NCBI GenBank assembly: GCA_963829285.1
Contig: CAWHHW010000005.1
Span: forward strand, 167,984-231,983
Source: an uncultured Thermoleophilia bacterium
GTDB lineage: Bacteria > Actinomycetota > Thermoleophilia > Gaiellales > Gaiellaceae
DNA length: 64,000 nucleotides
Direction: 5' to 3'
In this document: positions 56,199 through 64,000 of the stretch, piece after piece
Position numbering within the stretch: position 1 is the stretch's first letter
Layout of the letters: each line of letters begins with the position of its first letter
Notes under the pieces: model-generated
Database searches by the model: none
What the model saw: only the letters and a program-made list of their open reading frames with translations
Told to the model about the DNA's origin: nothing
Made by a program: the position numbers and the translations under genes

Positions 56199-56756
56199 AT
56201 GAGCACCCAGGACACCGCACAGCCCAACCTTCCAGCCGACACCTTCACCGACGACGTCGACGACGAGTGGAACGTCGCCCCACCGCCACGCCGCCGGCTC
56301 CACTGGACGACGGCTTTCCTCGCCGTCGCCCTGATCGTCGTCGCCGCGTTTGCAGGCGGGATCCTCGCCCAGAAGCACTGGGGCGGATCATCGTCCGGAG
56401 GCTTCGCGCTTCCCGGTGGCGGCAACCTGCCCTCCGGGTTCCGGGGCGCCACGTCGAACGGCGCGACCAGCACAGGCGGGACCGGCAGCATCGGTGGCTT
56501 CCCAGCCGGTCTTGCCCAGGGCGGCTTCGGAGGCGGCACCCGCGGCACCGTCAGCTACGTCGACGGCCACATCCTCTACATCTCCACCGGATCGGGCAGC
56601 GTCGTCAAGGTACGCGTTCCAAAGGGCCTCTCCGTCGATCGCAGCGTGAAGGCCAAGGCCTCGTCGATCCGGCCGGGTGAGACGGTGGTCGTCCAAGGGG
56701 AGACTGGCTCGAACGGCACCGTGACCGCAACCGGCGTCACTGTGGCCGCCGGCTAA
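56199..56756 (+). CDS. Membrane-anchored Gly-rich protein (DUF5666-like C-terminus)
   Basis: RBS GAGGAG, single TM, GTV..VDG, GETVVVQG. Confidence 0.72.
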   Translation: MSTQDTAQPNLPADTFTDDVDDEWNVAPPPRRRLHWTTAFLAVALIVVAAFAGGILAQKHWGGSSSGGFALPGGGNLPSGFRGATSNGATSTGGTGSIGGFPAGLAQGGFGGGTRGTVSYVDGHILYISTGSGSVVKVRVPKGLSVDRSVKAKASSIRPGETVVVQGETGSNGTVTATGVTVAAG

Positions 56757-56839
56757 ATGGCCTTGATCGCTCTTGACGGCGGGTCCGCCTATTCTGCCCG
56801 CGTGGAGCAGTCATGGCCGTCTGCCCGCGAGCGCTCGTG

Positions 56840-57529
56840 ATGCGTACGGCAACGCGGGTTCTCGTCGTCGACGATGAGCGAAGCGTCCGAGAGGGCCTGC
56901 GGCGCGCGCTCCAACTCGAGGGATACGAGGTGGAACTCGCACGTGACGGAGAGGAAGCGCTCGCGACGGAGCGTTCCCGTCCGGCGGACGTGATCGTGCT
57001 CGATATCCTGATGCCGCGACTCGACGGGCTCGAAACCTGCCGTCTGCTTCGCGCCGAAGGCAGCTCGACCCCGATCCTGATGCTGACAGCCCGCGTCGAG
57101 GTCGCAGACAGAGTCGATGGGCTCGACGCCGGTGCCGACGACTACCTTGCCAAGCCCTTCGCCCTGGACGAGCTTCTCGCCCGCCTGCGGGCCCTTCTCC
57201 GGCGGAGCACGGATCCGGGCGCGGAGCGGAGTCTGCTGCGCTTCGCCGACCTCACGCTCGATACCGGAACCTACGAAGCGCACCGCGGGAGCCGCCGCCT
57301 GACGTTGACGAGGACCGAGCACCTTCTGCTCGAGTTGTTCCTCCGCAACGCGCGCCAAGTGCTCACGCGGACGCTGATCTTCGAGCGCGTCTGGGGGTAC
57401 GACTTCGGTGCCACCTCGAATGCGCTCGATGTCTACATCGGGTATCTGCGGCGGAAGACCGAGGCCGGAGGTGAGCCGCGGTTGATCCAGACGATTCGCG
57501 GCGTCGGCTACGCCTTGCGAGAGTCGTGA
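56840..57529 (+). CDS. OmpR-family response regulator (MprA-like)
   Basis: [46 protein letters not shown]. Confidence 0.95.
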   Translation: MRTATRVLVVDDERSVREGLRRALQLEGYEVELARDGEEALATERSRPADVIVLDILMPRLDGLETCRLLRAEGSSTPILMLTARVEVADRVDGLDAGADDYLAKPFALDELLARLRALLRRSTDPGAERSLLRFADLTLDTGTYEAHRGSRRLTLTRTEHLLLELFLRNARQVLTRTLIFERVWGYDFGATSNALDVYIGYLRRKTEAGGEPRLIQTIRGVGYALRES

Positions 57530-58948
57530 GCCTCCGCGCCCGCCTTACCTTCACTGCGGCGGGCGCCGTCGCAGTCGCCGTGCTCTGTCTCGTCGGTCGG
57601 CGTCTATTACGTCGTCCGTGGCCAGTTGCGCGGGGAGGTCGACACCAGCCTCCGTCGGCGGGTTGAGCTGATCCAGCGCATCACGGCCGACCTCGTCCAG
57701 GTCTCGCCGGGTAACGGGCGCTTCCCGGCGGTGCCACCGGCTGATCTCGGTGGCGCGAGCGGATATCTCCAGGTCGTGCAAGCCGATGGGACGATCGCAC
57801 GTCCCGGCGGCGGCAGCCTCGAGCTCCCGGTCACCGGCAAGACCATCGAGGTCGCACAGGGAGGGTCGGCGTGTTCCTCTCCGACGCGACCGTCGCCGGA
57901 ACGCACGTCAGGGTGATCACCGCACCGTTCCAGCGCGACTCGGCGCTGCAGATCGCCCGTCCGCTCGACGAGGTCGATGGCGTGCTTCGCCGGCTCCGGT
58001 GGATCATGCTCGCCGTGATGATCATCGGTGTCGCCGTTGCAGCGATCCTCGGAGCGGCCGTCGGCCGGACCGTGCTGATGCCGGTGCGCCGGCTGACCGA
58101 GACGAGCGAGGCTGTCAGCGAGACACTCGATCTTTCTCAGAGAATCGAAAGCACGGGAAACGACGAGGTCGGTCGCCTGGCGGCGAGCTTCAACCGGATG
58201 CTCGCTGCCCTCGAAGGGTCAGTCGGAGCACAGAGGCAACTCGTCGCTGACGCGTCACACGAACTGCGGACTCCGTTGACGAGCCTGAGAGTGAACGTCG
58301 AGACGCTCATGCGAGGGGACGCGCTCCCGCCGGGCGACAGAGCACGCCTCGGCGAGGACGTCGTCGAGCAGCTCGACGAGATGACGGCCCTGATAGACGA
58401 GGTCGTCGAGCTTGCCCGCGGCGACGAGCATCGCATCGACTGGCAGCTGGTACAGCTCGACGACCTCGTCGCCGAGAGCGTCGACCGTGCGAGGCGAGAA
58501 TGCCCCGACGGTCGAGTTCGATCTCCGTGCCGAGCCGGTCGTCGTTCGAGGCGATGCGCGGCGCCTCGAGCGGGCAATTTCGAACCTGCTCGACAATGCG
58601 TCGAAGTGGAGTCTCGTCTGGAGGTCGCGTCGAGGTGACGCTCGACGCGACCGGCGAGCTCGTCGTGCGCGATCACGGGCCGGGCTTTGCGCCGGACGAT
58701 CTTCCGCGTGTGTTCGACCGCTTCTATCGCTCACGCGACGCCCGCAGCCTGCTCCGGCTCAGGGCCTCGGGCTCGCGATCGTCCGCCAGGTTGCCGAAGC
58801 GCACGGTGGCAGTGTGGAGGCGGCGAATGCACCGGACGGTGGGGCCGTGTTGCGCCTTCGCCTGCCGGTTGAAAGAGAGGTCGGTCGCTCAGCGGGCGGT
58901 GATCGCGATGCGATAGTCGTGTCGTGCGTGTTCCTTTGCCCAACGTGA
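57526..58948 (+). pseudogene. Sensor histidine kinase (MprB-like), several frameshifts
   Basis: HAMP, DASHELRTPLTSL, NLLDNASKW, RDHGPG, GLGLAIV in different frames. Confidence 0.87.
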
Positions 58949-58995
58949 CTGCTAGATACGCTGTTTGCGCGGCCCCGTGTTCTCATAGCTGAGAC

Positions 58996-60462
58996 TCACC
59001 AGAGGCCCTTTGCGGCGCTTCGCGCCAATCTGTCCTTGCGCGGAGCACGCTCCGTCACGCTCGTAGTCGTCCGGCGCCACAGCCCGAGCTCGACGCCGGC
59101 GGCCGCGGTCGTCTTGACGGTGAAGTGGCTGTGCGCGGGAACGAAGACGCGATAGACATCGCGCGGGTCCTCGGACGTGGCAAGACGGCCGACGAGCATC
59201 GTCGACGGCATCGACGCGCGTCGTCAGCGGCGGGATGCCGTTGTAGTACGTCGCGCTCCGGGTCGCACGTAGTCGACATCGTCGTTCGGTTCGAGCGGAT
59301 CCGGTACCGGAGCCTGCGTACGCGAGAGCGGCGGGGACGTTGAGCAGGCCGTAGCCGCTTCCGTCGTCGCGCCCCGGAACGTCGACGTCGGTTCGCCGAG
59401 CGGCGTATCACTTCGAACACCTGGCTGGCGTCGAGATCGGGACGGGCCGTCCACACCCAGGCAGCGGCTCCCGAGACGAGGGGTGCCGCAAAGCTCGTGC
59501 CGTCTTCGGAAGCCCAGCCCCCGTCGAGGGCCGAGGCAACGGTCATGTCCTGACCCGGCGCGGCAAGGTCGACGAAGCGGGACGGCTCGAGAAGGAGGTT
59601 ACCAGGTTCTGCTCATCGGTCGCACCGACGGTGAGCACGTGCGGAAGGCTCGCGGGATAGGTGAGCGGGTTCCCGTTCTCGCCGTCGTTTCCTGCGGCCG
59701 CGACGACCAGCATTCCCTTGTGAATGGCAGTGGCTATCGCCTGCTGGATAGGAACCTCAGGGCCGGCACCCGCCGAGGCTGAGATTGATGACGCCCGGGC
59801 CGTGATTCGTGGCGGCGAGCACCCCCGCGACGATTTCACTCGTCGCGAGGCGAGTACCTTCGCCAAGGGCCGCATCCCAGGATTGCAGCACCGAGCCGGG
59901 TAGACGCCGACGATGCCGACGCCGTTGCTCCGGCGCGCCGATCAGCGACGCGACCGCCGTTCCGTGGACGCCGCCGACCGGCTGCGGTTCCTGTGTGTTG
60001 AGGGCCACGAGATTCGCGCGACCGGCGAACTCGGGGTGGGACAGGTCGATGCCCGAGTCGACGATCGTCACGGGCTTCGCCGGACCCGGGTGGGGTGAGA
60101 GCGGCGACGCCGATCGCCGATCGCCACCACTCGTCCGGGACGAGCGGATCGGCGAAGTCGGTCACGCTCAACGTCCCGGCGAGACGATCGGGGATTGCGA
60201 GGCGCAGCGCGTGGCAGGCGCGGATCCGGGGCAGCACCAGAGGAACGGAGCTGTCGTCGATCCTGTAGAGGCGCAGCGACCTCGAGATCGGAACGGCCCC
60301 GGCCTGTCGGAGGAGGTGGTCGGCGTTACAGCTCGCACCGGCTGTGAGCTCGATGAGCGTCCGGTCGTGAGCGGCGGTCGTTCTCGCGCCGGCGACGAGC
60401 CCGGTCACCACGAGCAACGTGCACGACGCGCCGAGCGCCAGAAACCGGGATCGCGACGTCAC
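58996..60462 (-). pseudogene. S8 subtilisin-like serine peptidase, multiple frameshifts, 3' end uncertain
   Basis: IVDSGID, HGTAVAS, AAAGNDG, GTSFAAPLVSG across frames. Confidence 0.85.
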
Positions 60463-60772
60463 CCCAGACGTGTCTCCGTCGAAAGATTCTCAGCGCCGCC
60501 CTGACTCTGCCGTGGTGCGAGCGTCACCGTCAGATCGGTGCCGATGCTCGAGAGCGGGTCGAGGGCCTTCGCCTGCGCTCGGTGGTCCGAGCGACCGGGT
60601 CGAAACCGCAATGACGGGCGAGACGCCCACGGCCAGGCCGAGGACGGTCGGGATCGTCCGGTTTCGTAGCCCGATCAGCTCGCTGCGGAGGGAGCGGAGG
60701 AAGAACATCCGGCGACATTGGAACAGACGTACGTAAGAGCCACCTGAGAATCACTCATCTACACTCCCGCCG

Positions 60773-60901
60773 GTGGATGCCCGCCCGATCGGTGTGTTCG
60801 ACTCCGGCGTCGGCGGCCTCACCGTCCTCCACGAGTGCCTGGTGACGATGCCGCACGAGGACTTCGTCTACCTCGGCGACGGCGCGCGCGTGCTCCTCTA
60901 G
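60773..60901 (+). pseudogene. murI: Glutamate racemase 5' fragment (39 codons, then stop)
   Basis: [39 protein letters not shown]; TACACT-N7-GTG start. Confidence 0.9.
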
Positions 60902-61373
60902 GAAGCCGAGCGTGTCAGAGCGCTCGTCCGGTTCCATCCAGGAGCGGTGGCGGAACTCGATCAGCGGCACGAGCGGATCGAGCCGTTCACGAGCACGAGC
61001 CAGTTCCTCCTTCGCCTCGTGCGATTTCACGAAGCGCGGGTGGTACTGAAGTAGCACGCCGCGCAGCTTGCCCGAGAGTTCCAGCGGCTCCCGCGCTCCA
61101 CGGAACTTCCTGAACGCGGTGGTAGTTGGCTCGCCCTCGTGGAAGGTCATCGCCGCGCTGGCCTTGACGTGGAACGTGAAGTGGTCGGGCGTTCGCTCGG
61201 CCCACCGCCGCGTCACCTCCGGGTCGGGCAGCGAGTAGTACGGCGAGTCGACCTCGACGACGTCGAACCGCTCTGCGTAGTAGCGCAGGCGTGCCTGGGC
61301 CGTTGAGACGCCGCGCGGATACTAGGCCTTCGTCGGCCCAACTGCACGTCCCGAGCCGCACTGTCACCGTCAT
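60889..61373 (-). pseudogene. Second DUF72 copy, 3' truncated and frameshifted
   Basis: MTVTVRLGTCSWADEGL, RRWAERTPDHFTFHVKA, IEFRHRSW nearly identical to 50465-51332. Confidence 0.88.
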
Positions 61374-61437
61374 GAGAGCAAGATAGAGACTCGGTCGCCG
61401 CGCCCGTGTTCGAGCGGGGCACGCCGATAACGGAGCG

Positions 61438-61821
61438 TCAACCGAGCAGGAGTGTGGCAGCGACCGTGAGGACGAGATACGCCGCGATCACGGCGTTGAC
61501 GACAATCCCTGTCGCTGCCAAGCGTCGCTCACCGAGGCGACGCGCCCGAACGCCAAGCAGCATCCCCACGACAGCGGGCAGCACCATCAGCGCAAGCAGG
61601 AAGAATCCCGCGAGGTAGCCCCAGACACCAGCCTCGGGGAGCGCCTCTTGCTCCTCGAGATCGAACACAACGAACTGCAGGAACGTCCCGACGATCCCGG
61701 CGACGACAGCCGCGGCCACCGTTGCCGCCACCATCAGTAGCGACTCGGCCGCTACGCGCCGTCCCGGCTCCGCCGGGAGCGAGAACCGGTGTCGCTGTGA
61801 CGGAGTCATTGGCACCGCCAC
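61438..61821 (-). CDS. Small 3-TM membrane protein
   Basis: Three hydrophobic segments; AAGGAGG upstream. Confidence 0.65.
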   Translation of the reverse strand: MAVPMTPSQRHRFSLPAEPGRRVAAESLLMVAATVAAAVVAGIVGTFLQFVVFDLEEQEALPEAGVWGYLAGFFLLALMVLPAVVGMLLGVRARRLGERRLAATGIVVNAVIAAYLVLTVAATLLLG

Positions 61822-62215
61822 AATGACCTCCTTCCCTCACCACCATTGTCCCCCGCAGGCATGGACAGCGGCATCCGTGGATTCGCTGAACACCTGAAGA
61901 CCGCATGCCTGGACGTGACTCATCTCGCATCCCGCACGGACGGCGAACCGGAGTTGAGTGCGCTAACCGCCCGGACTTCGGCGCCCGAGGACTGATGGTG
62001 AATGCCCGATGCGGGGCTTCCGAGTCGAGTCGGCTCCGTCCACGCCGAGGACGACGCGATCAAGAACTCCCATCGCCAGAGCGTCACACACAGAGAGTCC
62101 GGGGCATCCGTGTGAATGCTGGACCGGCGCGTAGTTCTCGGCACCTCGGCGGCGCCCGTCGAGCACTGCGGAGACTCGCGATGCGAGCCCCGACTCCAGG
62201 CCCTAGCCTTCGGTC

Positions 62216-63115
62216 ATGGCCAGTGAGGCGATCAGCGTGTCTGGTCTCACGAAGCACTACGGGGCGACAGTCGGCGTCAGCGATCTCACGTTCACCGTGC
62301 GGGTCGGGGAGGTCTTCGGCTATCTGGGCCTGAACGGTGCCGGGAAGACGACGACGATCCGGCTGCTGCTCGACCTGATCCACCCGAGCGCCGGCCGGGC
62401 CGAGGTGTTCGGGCTCGACGTGCGCACGCAGGGAGGGAGGGTTCGCGGGCGTATCGGCTACCTGCCCGGCGACCTGCGGCTGTACGAGCGTCTGACCGGG
62501 AGAGAGCACCTGCGCTACTTCGCCGCGCTGCGCGGCATGCACGACGTCGGCGCCGGCGAGCGCCTCGCCGCGCGACTCGAGCTCGAGCTCGATCGGCCGG
62601 TGAGAGCGCTCTCGAAGGGTAACCGGCAGAAGGTCGGGTTGGTGCTGGCGCTGATGCACCGGCCGGAGCTACTGATCTTCGACGAGCCGACCGCAGGGCT
62701 CGACCCGCTCGTTCAGCAGGTCGTCCACGCGCTCGTCCGCGAGGCGACCGCGGAGGGCTGCACCGTCTTCATCTCCTCGCATGTCCTCTCGGAGGTGCAG
62801 CAGCTCGCTGACCGCGTGGCACTGCTCCGCGACGGAAGCCTGGAGCTGATCGAGACGGTCGAGGGGCTGCGACGGCGAGCCTCTTCCCGCGTGGTAGCGA
62901 CGTTCGTGGCGGCGCCGCCTCCCGACGTCTTCGCCGGGATAGCCGGGCTGCGCGAGCTCGACCGGCACGGGAACACCGTCCACTTCTCCCTGCGTGGAGA
63001 GGTCGACCCGTTGGTGAAGACGCTGGCCCGATTCGAGCTGCTGACGCTGGACATCCACGAGGCGGACCTCGAAGAGGTGTTTCTCGAGCTGTACCGGAGC
63101 CCTACGGATGTTTGA
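62216..63115 (+). CDS. ABC-2 type ATP-binding protein
   Basis: GLNGAGKTT, LSKGNRQKV, FDEPTAGLDP. Confidence 0.96.
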   Translation: MASEAISVSGLTKHYGATVGVSDLTFTVRVGEVFGYLGLNGAGKTTTIRLLLDLIHPSAGRAEVFGLDVRTQGGRVRGRIGYLPGDLRLYERLTGREHLRYFAALRGMHDVGAGERLAARLELELDRPVRALSKGNRQKVGLVLALMHRPELLIFDEPTAGLDPLVQQVVHALVREATAEGCTVFISSHVLSEVQQLADRVALLRDGSLELIETVEGLRRRASSRVVATFVAAPPPDVFAGIAGLRELDRHGNTVHFSLRGEVDPLVKTLARFELLTLDIHEADLEEVFLELYRSPTDV

Positions 63116-63911
63116 CAGCGTGCTCGTGAAGTCGCTTCGCGACCTTCGACGGGGCTTTGCCTGGTGGGCGCTCGGCCTCGCTGGGTACGTCGCGATGATC
63201 GTCTCCGTCTATCCGACGATCCGCGGCAACCGGGAGCTCGAGAGCCTGATGGACCAGTACCCGGAGGCGCTGAAGGCGTTGTTCTCCTTCGGTGGGCAGC
63301 TCGACTTCACCTCGCCTGCCGGGTACCTTGGGGGCGAGCTGTTCTCGTTCATGATCCCGGCGTTGTTCCTCGTGGCGGCGGTCGGGAACGGTGCTGGGGC
63401 GATCGCCGGCGAGGAGGAGCGCGGGACGCTCGACCTGCTTCTGGCGACACCTGTCTCGCGGCGTCGCGTCGCTCTCCACAAGCTCGCAGCGATGTGCGTG
63501 GAGGTCACCGGCCTCGGCGTCGTGCTCTGGCTCTGCCTCTGGGCCGGCAGCATCGCGATCGACATGAAGCTCTCGGCTGCGCATCTCGCTGCAGCGAGCG
63601 CCGCCACCGTGCTGCTGGCGATCCTCTACGGTGCGCTGGCGTTCACGCTCGGAGCTGGCACCGGGCGCAAGGGCCTCGCGATCGGAGTCACGATCGCGGC
63701 CGCTGTCGTGGCCTATCTCGTCAACTCGCTCGCGGGCCTGGTCGACGTGCTGCGAGGCCCACAGAAGCTCTCGCCCTTCTACCATTACGCCGTCAGCGAC
63801 CCGCTTCGACACGGTCTCGAGATCTCGCATTGCCTGCTCCTCCTGGGCGCCGCGGCTGCCATCGCCGCCGCCGGCATCGTGCTATTCGACCGGCGGGACG
63901 TCAGCTCCTGA
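63108..63911 (+). CDS. ABC-2 permease
   Basis: AGEEERGTLDLLLATPVSR, LSPFYHY, FDRRDV. Confidence 0.94.
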   Translation: MFDSVLVKSLRDLRRGFAWWALGLAGYVAMIVSVYPTIRGNRELESLMDQYPEALKALFSFGGQLDFTSPAGYLGGELFSFMIPALFLVAAVGNGAGAIAGEEERGTLDLLLATPVSRRRVALHKLAAMCVEVTGLGVVLWLCLWAGSIAIDMKLSAAHLAAASAATVLLAILYGALAFTLGAGTGRKGLAIGVTIAAAVVAYLVNSLAGLVDVLRGPQKLSPFYHYAVSDPLRHGLEISHCLLLLGAAAAIAAAGIVLFDRRDVSS

Positions 63912-64000
63912 CGCCCGGGAGCGGCGCCCTCGCTCCGCGGTCTCGGTGGAGGCGGGTGCGGCCGCGTGCGCGAAGACCCGACGCCCGACCAGCTTCCTGG

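Noticed and set aside
61870-62115. GGCATCCGTG repeated twice in the intergenic region
   Set aside because: Only 10 bp and two copies; insufficient to call a regulatory element.

Overview
High-GC actinobacterial DNA; gene content and the many apparently leaderless starts suggest a Thermoleophilia/Gaiellales-like organism (inference). Positions 1 to about 13.4 kb are an accessory region of unrelated 1-4 gene modules. These modules are separated by a same-orientation ~29-bp repeat, consensus YTCRRGYG-ACATTCCCGAACRCTGGCGCA. Six near-perfect copies lie at 1427-6901 and progressively decayed copies follow to 12116. The layout resembles an integron-like gene-cassette array with a non-attC site, and no recombinase gene is visible in the window. 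From 13.4 to 50 kb the content is core-like: tag, a xanthine-dehydrogenase-family operon, MFS, purL-purF-purM-purN-purH, cystathionine beta-synthase, xseAB, proline dehydrogenase, a CDF transporter, alkA and a REP doublet. The 50-61.4 kb block is rich in frameshifts and is bracketed by two DUF72 copies, the second fused to a murI 5' fragment. It holds a MacAB-like ABC operon, an MprAB-like two-component system and an S8 peptidase. The window ends with an ABC-2 transporter. No rRNA, tRNA, CRISPR array or transposase was recognised.
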